This document shows positions 51,701-63,695 of a DNA stretch of 64,000 bases, in pieces. This stretch comes from Takakia lepidozioides (lineage: Eukaryota > Plantae > Bryophyta), in assembly GCA_030704615.1 (NCBI GenBank), contig CM060733.1, positions 55,490,001 through 55,554,000 on the forward strand, in the 5' to 3' direction. The notes beneath the pieces are model-generated. The model saw only the letters and a list, made by a program, of their open reading frames with translations, searched no databases and had not been told where the DNA came from. Within the stretch, counting starts at the first letter, position 1; each line of letters begins with the position of its first letter. Made by a program: the position numbers and the translations under genes.

Positions 51701-51890
51701 TCTTCACTTCGGTCCCAAAACCCTTTCTAGGCTGACTTGTGCCCTCGCCCTCGCACAAGACAGTAGCCCAACCCCGCGCGGATGCAGGGAGACAGCCCAC
51801 CACCGAGCGCGGAGTGCCCAACTTGCTAGTGTCCAATGCCTGCTGCCACTGCGCATAGAACGCACCACAAGGCTGAATCCCCAGCGCCAT
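48749..51890 (-). CDS. Divergent heme oxygenase-like protein, probably plastid-targeted, multi-exon
   Basis: Spliced exons give RYLQFLQDQ|HAVYEAL, LGLDRSE, LMAHIFAIHVAHLTTG|MRVGAK...RFY and ELPKAMQKTSLL, paralleling plant HO1 (YL.FL.DS..VY..L; GLERSE; HFYNIYFAH.AGGRMIG; EFY). Transit-peptide-like N-terminus. Confidence 0.65.
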
Positions 51891-54800
51891 CTCTTGACCT
51901 CAGTCCTAGGTCTAGTCGTGGTTCACAAGCTACAAGAGATCGTGCAACACAGAGGGTGAATTCTAACGGCAATGGAGATGATGTGGAGACAGTGAATGCC
52001 AAGGATGCGTGTGTTTTGCTAACAGCTGCTCCAACTAACACAATGCCTGCCGCACTAAAATTTTAGCTTAACACATTTTAGTGCGTAATGTTAGGTTTAA
52101 ACACACGTTTGTCGGCCCATTTTCCCTCGCATCCTTCTTTACGCCATAGCCACAGGAGCAAGTTAGGAGACGAGTGACGTGAAGTGGGTGTTTGCAGTAG
52201 GAGGACTCTGTTCCTTCAAGAAAGGAGATCATCTATGGGTATTTGTACGTGTGGGTTTGTAGAGAAGAAAGTGAAGGAGGTGGACGTTCTATGGTGTTGG
52301 TGTTGCCGCTGAGGAGAAGCTCATGGCTACTGTCAGCTTCAACTGCGGGTGCCGAAGTGTGTCAACTGTGCCCTCACACTGCATTGGCAGTGCCTCTTGT
52401 GAGAAGCCTCTGTGTGTGTGTTTTATTTTGGTTTCATTTGCATTCATCTGCGATCGCATCTGTCAGCCATTGAACCATCGGCCCTGGGGCTGGAATGTAA
52501 TTTCTTTAGAAAGCAAGGGTGTTGATTGTGAAAATGGCTCCAGGCCCCACTGTAATTCCAAGTAACTGAGCATTGACGACTAGGGGAAGGGAGCTGAGAA
52601 ATTCTGACGTCGTTTCTGGTCACCTTTTTGGTAACTACAGTTCCTTCAAGTATCTTGCATGATTGAACGAGCAATTTATGAGCAATTTATGAGCAATTGA
52701 ATAGATTATCACAGCAACCAATGTGCATTACAGGTCAATCCTCATTACAATAGTATGTATCCATACTTTCAAATTTTTTACAGCTCTCCCAGCTCTCCAT
52801 AACAATTGTCCTCTGGAACTAATTGTAGGAGTAAAGATAGCTATGGTTTCTTGAAGGATAACCTCACAGAGACAGTCGGTGTCACCTTTAAGAGTGTTTG
52901 ATATGTATTTTGCATGTTGTGGGTGCCTCTCTCTCCTTCATATATAATCCCACAGTTTCACCACCAATGCACTTTATTGGGTTTTCTCTAGGGACGAGAA
53001 TAGTCCAAATGATCCCTTCCTCTCTCATTCAACCAGACACATGCATGCCTCAGCTCCTCCTGTTTCAGGATTCAACATCTTGCTCTCTCTATTCTGTATC
53101 ACAAAATGCACTCACCCCTGGTACTTGACTTGTCACCGGCTGTGGCACCCAACTCACATTCCTTGGTCTCTTAGGATGCATAGTTCGCAGGAGGTGCTGA
53201 CCATGCTCCAAGCTGTGGTTGAGGGCACATTGAGAGGGCACGATTGGAAAGGGTCCATTGAAATGTAGAAATCATGGACTTCTGGGGTCATGCAGTTCCT
53301 ATCCTAGGCAGCTTGACTGGAAACGCGCTGGAGTATCCATGTGGTAGCATATGTGTCCTCAAAGAATGGAAATGGTCTCTGAAGGCTTCATAGTCAGCAG
53401 AGCATCCTGAGCCCAGGTCCATTTACAGCACACACTGAAGACCTTGGCACAGAGATCGGAGAAGTAGAGGGGAAGATGACACTCAACAACTCCCTGGACC
53501 TAATTTTTACTTAGAGTAGGTGCGTGCGATCTCCATTAGATGTTTGTGAAGTTTTTCTGGTGCTGAGAAGGAAAGGCTGTGGTCAGAGTTTATGATACGA
53601 ATCTTTCCGGGTTGATTGGATCGGACAAGAATGCTTTAACCTGTGCTTCAGCAGGAAGAACTCTGTCTAATAATGTCCTTGATGTACATTGCTGTAACCG
53701 TTCCATGCTTCTGAGCTGTATATGAAATAGCAGCTGGAAAGGGGTTTCATCCCGTATCACCACCTTTCTTCTTCCACTTTCCCACATTCCCCTGAGTCTG
53801 CAGAAGTTGTGAGGGAATCAATGTTATTTGTAGCAAGACACGTTTGCTGCAGTGCTACTCCTCCAAGCACTTGCATCCTTAAAAACTGGGAACCAATATC
53901 ACATTTCCAGCAGAAAACGCTGATGTAACAATACAGGCATATGAGAACCCATCCCACAAAGCTGCTCCTCACTTCGTACTGTCTACAGTACACCCTAGAC
54001 CATATGCAGAGTAATGTGATAGATAGTAACACACCTGACCTGCCCCCACTTGGAAAATGCAAGGCACCCCCTTCTCCAAAGAACTGATTCAGACACATGG
54101 TGGCACTGGTCGGTGAATACTACCATGGTCTTTTCAACCACTGCCACACAGATTGTGTTGCCAAATAAAACTTCGTGACACCCGCTTTCACATGAGGAAA
54201 AATGTCTGAGGTGGCAGTGAAGATTCAGTACTAGGGTGTCACATATTTTGTGAAATACAACCACCTCAGGAGGTATCAGTTATGAATGAAGCTATGAATG
54301 AGATAGCTGTTGGCACTCCCGTTTCAGATTGACTTGTGTGTTGTCATAGAAAAAAGGAGCACCCATGATTCAGATTACCAGAGTCATCAAGAGTCCTAGA
54401 CCGATGTGGGAGTCCCTTGCCACTGCCTATTGTGGCAGGTAATGGCTGCGAGGTTCAAAATGGGGGTCTCAAAAATCTGACAAGGCCATTTGAGACGCCC
54501 ACCATTTGGACAAAACCATAGGTTTCCATCTCTCTCTGTCTCCATACCACAGGTTCATCTACTCAGAGTTGTACTCAGGCAGGAACAACACTCTTCCTGG
54601 ATTGCAACTAGCAATTGCTGAAGCACAGTCAATATTTATTTGCAATGATGGCCCACACCCCAAAACTTGCCTTCGTTCATGACAAACTTTGTAGCCCAAC
54701 CTGGAGTCCTTTCAAAATTTTCCCTGTTTGGCTGCACAATGACCAACTGATACATTTATCTTGCTTCTGTTGGAAAATCAAAACTGAAGAAGTGGGTCAG

Positions 54801-55570
54801 GCAGAGAGACAACTTATCTGTCAAATACCTTGTCAGAAGGTACCATGGCTACATACTTGGCTGCAACCTGTAATCAAGCAGTGAACCCAACCCGGTGACA
54901 GCACTATCAGTGCCATTCAATACCTTAAAATTAACCATTCCTGCTAAAGATTATGTACTCGGCAATCTGAAAAACTGTGTACATCTAGCAACATGCGTTT
55001 CACTGGGATCAGTGCACTTAGCAAAAAAAGAGTAAACGTATGCCTCATACTGCCCACCTGAACACCAACAGAAGGAGTTGGTCCACTACCAACCTCTTTC
55101 ACAGTAACCTCGTCGTGAAGGCTTTCGCATGGGACACCGCCCAGGGAAGGGGGAGAAGAACATACCACACCCGTCAAGGTAGCAGGATTTCACCCCAGAA
55201 TCATCCGGGTGGCACTGAGTGTACTATCCAACTGAGCTACTGACTGTTGGTTAGTGTGGGCCCTTGTCTGGTTGAAGGCCTTAAATCATGGGTTGGAGAA
55301 GGAATAGCTCTGCCAGAATTTACAATGTCCCGGAAGCAGCAGTGTTGGACTTGAACATCGGGATTCGGTCCGGACTCCGGAAGCAACCCTGGCAACTTTT
55401 CTGCACGGGAGTGCACGGCAAGTTGCGTAACAGGAAGGTAGGACCCACTCCACACCGACATCACGGTCTTGGTACATATGGAGACAGAAGGGGGAGTGCG
55501 GAGTGCAGCCACACAAGGGGCAAGCAAAGCAAACAGCAATTTGGAAATACTGATCACGGGGGCGGAAGCT

Positions 55571-57573
55571 ATGGATTCAGTTACCCAGTAAGTTGTCTGC
55601 GACTCTCATCCCGCTCGTCACAGCGTCGCCTTGAGTAGGCGACTTTTGATTGCATTTAACTCCATGTTTTGTCTGTCTGTAGCGTGTTGAGATTATGGTT
55701 TTTCATGGATTCGATTTAGAGATTAGATTGGGGATGTTTAGAGAAGTCAGTCGAGACTGTGGTGCTCATGTCATGTTTGAGTGAAATGAGTCTGAGGAGT
55801 GCAGGTGGGGTCATCTTAATTGTATGTACAACTACAGTAGCTTCCAGTGGGAATTTTGTCATAGATTGTTATTGATTTGGCAGAATGGCAACCATACTGA
55901 GTCATACGCATTGTTATCAATCATTTGATTCATCGAACAGTACCTTAATTTGTGCACTGAGCTTACTTGGGCGCACTTTTTTTAGCTCAATGATAGTTCG
56001 GATACAGTGTGGTAGTTGTGTTGGAAATAAGATTTTGCGCCGAGGTCCATCAATTCTGTTCGGAGGAATATGAATTGAGAACGACCAGATGTCAGCTCTG
56101 TTGTTCAACATGTATGATACTCCTCCCGACGCTACACTGCTTCCCCATGTTGAATTGAAGTTCATATATGTGGTCGATGTTCGGTGTATTTGAAATGTAG
56201 CTCTGGCCCAGTTACCTGATTCTCAAATGTACGTGATCTAGCATCTGGTTTCTTCGTATGCATGCAGAACGAGATGGTGGTCGAAGGACACAGTGGCAGT
56301 GGTGACGGGGGCCAACAAGGGCATAGGCTTGGAGATTGCACGCCAATTGGCAAAACAGGGGATCACTGTGGTTCTGACTGCGCGCGATGAACGTCGTGGG
56401 CGTGAGGCCCTTGAAGCTTTGAAAAGAGAAGGGTTACAGCAGGTGGCTTTCCATCTTCTTGACGTCACCAGCGAGGATTCTGCACGTACACTGGCACATT
56501 GGCTTCGCCACACCTATGGTGGTATCGATATCCTGGTTAGTTCCGGGAGAATTCCCCAATTTTGAGGGCGTTTAATTCTCGGATCCTGTCCCTCGTACTG
56601 TCAAAGATCTAGGTAGACAAGAAGATCGATTCTTATACAGACAGACGCGAGCCTCAGGAAGTTAGGGGGTCTTTTGTTGGAAGTTGACAAACTGGTGCAT
56701 TTTTTCGTGGGCAGGTAAATAATGCTGCGATCGCCGGGGTCGACCCTGTGAGTGTAGCGGATGCAAAAGATGTTATAAGCACCAACTATGATGGTGTCAA
56801 GCGTGTAACAGAAGCCTTGCTCCCTCTTTTACGACACACTCAGGCTGGTGCTCGCATTTTGGTGGTTTCCTCGAGACTTGGCCAATTGCAGGTCTCCCTC
56901 TCAGACATTGTGAAATTGGTCTCTTTTCTCCGTCATATGGGTATTCTTCTGGAGAAGACTAACTAGTAAACCTTTTTCTTCAGGTCTGCCAATTGATACT
57001 GGAGCTATCTGAGAGTTGTGTGTACATATAAGTCCTGATACGTCTATCCAATTTGCCTGGAGCATGCTGTAGTTTTGTCTCTTCATCCTGTCTTGCAGTA
57101 GTACAGCTGCTGAGTTTCGTGGAACATTGTTTCTTTGACTGCTTCAGTTCTTGGAAAACAAGTTTCGTGAAGAGTTGGCTGATCGTGAACACATCGAAGA
57201 AGCCACCGTCAACAAGTTCATTGATGAGTTTCTCCAAGATTTGAGTACTGGGTCGTTAAAGGAAAAGGGTTGGCCCACATATATGCAGGCATCAGCGTAT
57301 TGTGTTTCGAAGGTTGCGGTGAATGCGTACGTCAGCATACTGCACCGCGCCCTCTCTGGTCGATCGCAAGACGAGAGCATCGTTGTCAACAGTTATACTC
57401 CCGGGCTTACTGAAACAGATATGGTGGTACAGACGATGGCTAAGGGGGTGCCTTTACCCCGCACACCCAACCCCGTTGATGTAAGTGCTGATACTGGTGT
57501 GTGGGTAGCTCTCCAGCCTCCTGGAGGGCCTTCAGGGAAGTTTTGGTATGAGCGCCAAGAGATAGAGTTCTAA
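55571..57573 (+). CDS. Short-chain dehydrogenase/reductase (carbonyl reductase / neomenthol dehydrogenase-like), 4 exons
   Basis: MDSVTQ|TRWWSKDT splice, TGANKGIG, LDVT, VNNAA, VSSRLG, catalytic YCVSK, TPG. Stop at 57571-57573. Confidence 0.92.
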
Positions 57574-58249
57574 TAAGTAGATGAGAGAGATGCCGAAGTT
57601 AGCGTAAATAAGAGCCTAAGAAACTTGGTATCAACGGCAATCGGTCCAAGTATTGCTGATATTTAGAGCATCGCCTTTCCTGCTCTGATCAGTTTCTCCT
57701 GCATATGTAGGTGAGAGAAAGAGAAACAGATAACATAACTTGTGTAGGGCCTAATCAACCTCCACTACAGCTCAGTGAATGTAAAGGCCCACAGGTGTGC
57801 TTTGGGCAGCTGTTCTTTTTGCCGTGTGTTGTAACTCTGGCACACAATTACCAGCTGCCATACATGTCTCAAATGAGGCAGTAGGCTATGCTGTCGAGAG
57901 CAAAACCAATGTACTAGAAGGCTGGTTCTTCTGTTAATATCAAACGTGAGCAGATCCTAGTTTTCCATCTAGAAGCTTCACAAACTGCAAACCATCTCAA
58001 AGCACAGAGTCACAGGTTTAGAAACCAATTTGCGTATTTAAGTAGCGGAGAAAGACTCTATGTACACTTTATTTGGTACAATGGTCACAGAAGTACCTAA
58101 GCAATTTGCTTTTCATTCCTCAAACTTTATCTTCCACTGTGAGTGTCTCAAGATATGGAGTAGTTCTCTTTCTCTCCTCTCTGTCTCTGTCTCTCTCATT
58201 TTGTAAAGTTCTTCTTGCTTTCATACTTAAGTCATCCAGGAATATAATC

Positions 58250-58330
58250 TGCATGGGACAATGGTTGGAGCCTCGAGGGGAGAGATATCAAGGGAAAGGT
58301 CTCCGGTTCAAATCTGGTCGTAGGCTCTAT
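58250..58330 (+). mobile_element. Possible tRNA-derived SINE head
   Basis: A-box-like TGGGACAATGG and B-box-like GGTTCAAATC at plausible spacing; no full cloverleaf. Confidence 0.3.
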
Positions 58331-58407
58331 GGAAAAAAAATGATTGGACTTGGACACTTGGGCAAACGGCACATGCTACCCTGGAGGCCACACTTGGGCC
58401 TAGACAT

Positions 58408-59540
58408 TGTGATGCTCAAAACGTGCTTATCGTTGGGATTCTCCTTCCTCTTCCTACATGCACATGTAACCGGGGAAGTAGCACGGCAGAGCAGGCCACG
58501 TGATGAGGCGGGAATCTCACGATGAGGAGTCAGTCAGATGCCACAGAACGTACAGAGCTACCACGCCAGAACCTGCTCTCACATGCACATTCGTCTCATG
58601 CACACACCTCTCTCTCTCTCTTACACCAAGTTTATACACCAAAAATACCTCCCCCATTCCATTTTCAGGAACCCCTTTATTCAGCTGCCACATCACATGT
58701 GAGTCACTACCACGCGACAAGGCGTGAGTGGACAACTGCCAAGTAGGCTTATCAAGGTCATCGCAGATATCAACGATTCCTAGAATTAAAGGCGTATTAC
58801 AACGGTATGGCTAAAGTAATATGTCAGAGCAGCCCCAACAGCTCTCTACATTACATCCTGCGGTACTAATTAATCATCTGTCAGGGAGAATTGGGAGCAG
58901 GGAGAGAACGGTCCATCACATATGTGATGCTACCCCGGGCTTTCAAAATTCTGAACACCTGTGAAGACAAGTGACTACGTTTGGTTTGCCAATGATCTTC
59001 CAGATCCAGATTTGATCAATGAGATCTAACACCTTGGAAGCCATCAAAGAGGAAGTAGGAGCTCGCAAATAACAAAGCATAACAGAAAGCGAGAACACGT
59101 CAGTCACCAGGAACATGTAGTCTAAGTGTCACAGTGGGAGTTGCAAGATGCCCAACCTGTTGTGCAAGAAAAAACCCCAATCCTCACAACAATGGCCAGT
59201 ACATGAGCAAGACAAACTAAAACAAGTTAACCAAAACAAACTACTGCTAAGCTCTCTACCTATAAATGAAATCTGCACACGAGCTAAATTGGAATGAAGC
59301 CACAGCTTGGACACCTTCAAAACAGCTCCGGGATCATTGTCGAGCCTTCTTCTTGGGAGACATTTCCGCTGTCCTTCCCTCCACATTCACTACTGCTAAG
59401 CTCTCTACCTATAAATGAAATCAGCACACGAGCTAAATTGGAATGAAGCCACAGCTTGGACACCTTCAAAACAGCTCCGGGATCATTGTCGAGCCTTCTT
59501 CTTGGGAGACATTTCCGCTGTCCTTCCCTCCACATTCACA
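58408..59540 (-). repeat. 3' LTR (inner boundary approximate)
   Basis: Ends ...CATCACA at 58408 on the - strand and matches the repeat at 63696-64000. The inner end cannot be confirmed because the partner LTR is cut by the window edge. Confidence 0.65.
59241..59538. repeat. 149-bp tandem duplication (putative U3 region)
   Basis: 59241-59389 and 59390-59538 are nearly identical. Confidence 0.95.
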
Positions 59541-59820
59541 CAGGGTAGATCAAACTGCAGTCTCGAATGCAACAGATCAGCGATAGGCACTTCCCCAGGG
59601 ATCTCCTTGAGAAGGATGTTGAGGCAACAATCTAGCCCTGTTACCAGCAGTCATTTCATAAATCGGATAGGGCCCTTCAATGCGAGTCAGGTTTTCCTTC
59701 ATTTTCTATATCATGTTCAGCGAGGGTGGTTCTTCCCAGATCGGTGGGTCCCTTGCTAAACACGTCAATGTTACGTCTGATCAAATGTTCAAGCCTCTTA
59801 AGTTGGTGTTCTTCCAAGTC

Positions 59821-60270
59821 TCATATATTCACAGTTTCTAGCACCTCCTTGACATGAGTCTCATTTATTGTGTCATCATTCTCAGCAAGAGGGGATGCAG
59901 AATACCTTGCAAAGGCAGAGACTGCTTCTACATCAGAATTCACTATTCCCATCTCTTGAAGGGAGAATCCTTCCTGGATGTCCTCAATGTCACTAATAGG
60001 AGTTGCAGAAATACGAGCCATAACCTGCCCCTTTCGGACTGTGACTGGAATGCGTTCAGGGTTAGCTATTAGTAGTTTAATCTCCCCTCTAAACCCTCTA
60101 TCAACAACAAGTGGAGCAACCATGCAATGTTTCTGGAGAGCCAAACGTTGCCATCCCACTGTTTCAAGATAGTGTCCTTCTGGACATATGAAAGCCTGCC
60201 CTGTAGATACAACTTTCTGGCATATAGCAGGGATGATAAAATCAGCTTGAGCACGTAGCGTTATCTCTTA
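59821..60270 (-). pseudogene. dUTPase-like domain downstream of the protease
   Basis: ITLRAQADFIIP...VSTG...PEGHY...LALQKH...VVDRGFRGEIKLLIAN.....VRKGQVMARI follows the trimeric dUTPase pattern, but catalytic motifs are altered. Confidence 0.78.
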
Positions 60271-60280
60271 CAGGTATTGG

Positions 60281-60949
60281 CTAACCCCCTTTTTGTCGAA
60301 CAGTAGGTATGGTCCATTGGAGAAGAGAGTCCTTGGGAGTTCCCATCTGCATGAATTGCTGCCAATTGACTAACCTACCGTCACTTTCCTTAACACGTCG
60401 GGGTGTAGCCCTGATCTGAGACAGGTTGGCTCTGCTGATGTTGCGAGAGTACTGCATAGTAGTCAAAGGGATGACCACTTCTTGGCCATCACCCTTGTTG
60501 AAGCGCATGGTAGTGTCTCCAAGGTCAATGGAAGCAGCAGCCCCCTTCATCCAATCTAGGCCTAGAAGAAACGGGTCCCCTATTGTCACAATGCAAGTGA
60601 TCAGTACTTCATTGCCACCAATTCCAACAGGAACAGCAACAAGCCCAAGAGGTTCATAGCTAGTACCATCAGCAATTATAACCTCCACACCAGCAGCAGA
60701 GCCCAACTTTAATCCTAATATGCGCACGACTTCTAAAGGGATAGCACTCACAGTACACCCTGTGTCAATTACACAAGGGAAGTTCAGCTGGCCTACTTGA
60801 CATTGAGTCATGAGAGGAGAAATGGGATCAGCTAAAAGCTTCTTACTCAATTCACAGTGCAACACTTTGAAGTTTGTAGAAAGCATCACCTTGGTCCAAT
60901 GGCTTTTGTTATCAGAATTTTTGAGCTGCTTGCTTTTAAGACCTCCCAC
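60281..60949 (-). CDS. Retroviral-type aspartic protease region
   Basis: CVIDTGCTVSAI, IADG, FLLGLDWM. Confidence 0.85.
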   Translation of the reverse strand: MGGLKSKQLKNSDNKSHWTKVMLSTNFKVLHCELSKKLLADPISPLMTQCQVGQLNFPCVIDTGCTVSAIPLEVVRILGLKLGSAAGVEVIIADGTSYEPLGLVAVPVGIGGNEVLITCIVTIGDPFLLGLDWMKGAAASIDLGDTTMRFNKGDGQEVVIPLTTMQYSRNISRANLSQIRATPRRVKESDGRLVNWQQFMQMGTPKDSLLQWTIPTVRQKGG

Positions 60950-60999
60950 ACCTGACTCGTTAGGAGATCTTATTCGTTTTAAGGCTGCTTACCTTTCTC

Positions 61000-62316
61000 A
61001 AATGCCTTCAACATGGCTAGCAAGTCTGGTTGGTAGTGGCAGAATCTAGTTGCGTGGTTGGGATCACCATAGATGTAGCAAGGGGCAGCACAGCTTCCAC
61101 ACAGCATCAGACTTCAGGTTAGTCATCCTGGCTTCTATGTCTACTTCCAGGTCATCCAAACGTCGAGCCAAAGCCTCAGTACCTTCAGCTCTTGCTTCCA
61201 GTACCGGGGGTGGGATATAAGCACGAGGACTCTTGACCCTTTCAGTTTCTCTGTCAGGTATAGGAACATTCACAAACTTGACTTCTTTGCGAGAGGTCTT
61301 AACATTCATCTCCTTGATTTTGATCTCAACTTCTTTGACCATTTGGTCATCATTGTCAAATTCTTCTCGCTGAGCCCAGGTCTGGACAGAGGCGGAAAGA
61401 CCTTGCCAAAAGAACATCTTGATCATCCTAGCTCTTTCCTCAATATTCTTGAAGTTTTCAGTAAGCTCCTACCTTGATGTCTAAGTAGTATTGCCACAAA
61501 GGTTCACCTTCTTAGTACTTCCTATTGTAAAATTTTCCAAATGTCTCCAAGGGAAGCTCATCAGGTTTGAACAGCTTGGTGGCGCTGACCAAAACTTGCT
61601 TCCACGAAGGACTCTTTTCCCCCACTAAATCAGCATTGAGTAGGGTTCTGGTTTGTCCCTTAAGTGCCATTTTGAAGGAATGAACTTTGAAATCTTCAGG
61701 GACTCCATTCAACAAGGCTATACTCTCAAACAGTTCTAGAAAATTATCAAAGTCTTCTCCCAATCTGAATTCTGGATAGGCCTGAGCTTGGACCTTGGGA
61801 CCAGAGGCAGGGTTTGGGTATTGACAGGTTTCTGGACAGCATCCATAGCCACAGCCTGGTTCATAAGGATCTTTAATAAAGACGGAAATCTAGACAGGAC
61901 CTCCATAACCCACTTATCTCACACATACCTTCATCACCCATTGTCACTCCGGGGGAGGAGTTATCCAAATGAATGCCAGGTGTAATGATCTCTTCATTGT
62001 TCACCTTGGGTAGAGGGTTGGTGACACTTAAATTAAGGTGTCCCATCTTTCCTTTACATTTTGAGTCATTGACCAAAGGAGGGGCCACTGGGGGAATGGG
62101 CACGTTGGCTGGCCCAGTATTCTTGGGAGAATCTGAAACATCAGAGCCCGAAACACCAGCAGAACCCACTTGAGCATACATGTTAGTGGTGTCTTCCAGA
62201 GACATGTCACTATTATCTCCCGAGCTATCCCCTAATACTGAAGGTATTCTATCCGTGGACATCATCCTGTCAAAAACCTGAACGCAACCAGGACTTAGTG
62301 GTACTAGGCATCTCAA
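61000..62316 (-). pseudogene. gag, fragmented
   Basis: FDNFLELFESIA..NG, FFWQGL and a degenerate knuckle CYIYGDPNHATRFC. Confidence 0.7.
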
Positions 62317-62359
62317 CGGATGATGTCAAGCAAAAGGGGTGAGGAGTGTTCTTACACAC

Positions 62360-63085
62360 TTATATATTCTCAGGAGGTACACGAGCTGGTCTCCCTACCT
62401 CTCCAAATCCTCCAGTACCCATTCGTCTATCCGTGGGATTGCAATATGATGAAGACGTGCTGGAGTTGGATTCAAACTGCCACACCTGAGTGGTGCTAAT
62501 ACGGAGCAGCGAGAAGTCTTCTCCTTTACAGTAGTCAGCAACGGTCAGGAACTGCCAAGTTGTAGGGGTTTTTTGCCAAAAATCCACATGCACTATGGGA
62601 TAACCCCACTCACGGATCAGTATGGAGCTCAGAGGGTAGTTAGTTATGCTGTCTTCTCGTTGTAAGTGCACTATCCATTCGTCTTTGAACGTACGAGCAG
62701 GGTAGACTATCAAATCAGCTCTGTCTGCCCTTCCGTTCACAACGCTCATGCCATGAAGAAGGTCGCAGTACGATACCTGTCGGTCCAAAGAGACAGAGCT
62801 ACAAAAATGAATTGCATGCAACAACAAAGCACCAGGGCCTTGCACAAAGAAGTCAAGCCATAGAGGGTTTATGAGGCAATCTCCCTTGCGAAACGTAAGA
62901 GCTGCTTCCTTGTCACCAAATATCAAAGTTGCAGGAATGCCCAGTAACTGCCAGCTGAGACTTTGTCGTCGAAAAGCTAGCTGTTTGATGTTCGCGATCG
63001 GAAGGATGGTCTGATCCCACAATGTAGCCTCATCAGTTACCACAGGAAGATGTTGCGTGTTCAGGCAATTGTCTTCGAGTTGCAT
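62360..63085 (-). CDS. Extra ORF upstream of gag, unknown function, with C-terminal dUTPase motif-5-like TDRRMGTGGFG
   Basis: A 241-aa open frame between the PBS and gag, on the element's sense strand. Confidence 0.5.
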   Translation of the reverse strand: MQLEDNCLNTQHLPVVTDEATLWDQTILPIANIKQLAFRRQSLSWQLLGIPATLIFGDKEAALTFRKGDCLINPLWLDFFVQGPGALLLHAIHFCSSVSLDRQVSYCDLLHGMSVVNGRADRADLIVYPARTFKDEWIVHLQREDSITNYPLSSILIREWGYPIVHVDFWQKTPTTWQFLTVADYCKGEDFSLLRISTTQVWQFESNSSTSSSYCNPTDRRMGTGGFGEVGRPARVPPENI

Positions 63086-63684
63086 GCGCTATAGTGAGGT
63101 AAGATAGGAGGCTCGCTCAGATTCCCTTCTGATGGCGTTTAGGAAGCAGTCATAACGACGAGCATCTTCATGTAGAGGTTGATGTTCATGTTGTTTCGCT
63201 GCTTTTGCTGGTACAGGTCATATTCCACCTGAGCTAGGACCTCTTCTGGAATTAGAACAAAAGGGTCAACGTCCCAATCCAACGTTTCTTCATGCCAAGA
63301 TGTTCTTCAGACTCCTCAAATGGGTGCGGGTCTATGTCTTCCCTTGAAAACAATGGTGAGCCAGGGCGCGCCGTGTGACGTAGAGGAGCAGCTTGATAAG
63401 TAGAGCAAGGAGTAGCACAATGGTCATGGGAACGAGTTGCTGCTAAAGCAGCATGATGAACACGATGCACACGGGGGGACGAGGAGCTGATGACCACACC
63501 AGCGGAAGAGGATTGTGAGGAAGCAGATGCTGAAACTTCAGAAGCCACTGGGAGAGAACCGTGAGACACCATGATGAGCAGCAATACAACCCACATAGTA
63601 CACAGAAGATCACAACAGGAGACGCGGCTGAGAACAGTGAAGAGCGACCATGGTTAGCAAGGGTAGGTTAAGATCAGTAAACCC

Positions 63685-63695
63685 CATCTCCACCA
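63685..63695 (-). promoter_or_regulatory. Primer-binding site, tRNA-Ala-like
   Basis: TGGTGGAGATG directly follows the 5' LTR and is complementary to the 3' end ...CAUCUCCACCA of eukaryotic tRNA-Ala. Confidence 0.6.

Noticed and set aside
52200-55500. Short ORFs, including a GLPL-like string near 54400 suggesting NB-ARC
   Set aside because: No P-loop, kinase-2 or MHD motifs were found and no coherent gene model emerges.
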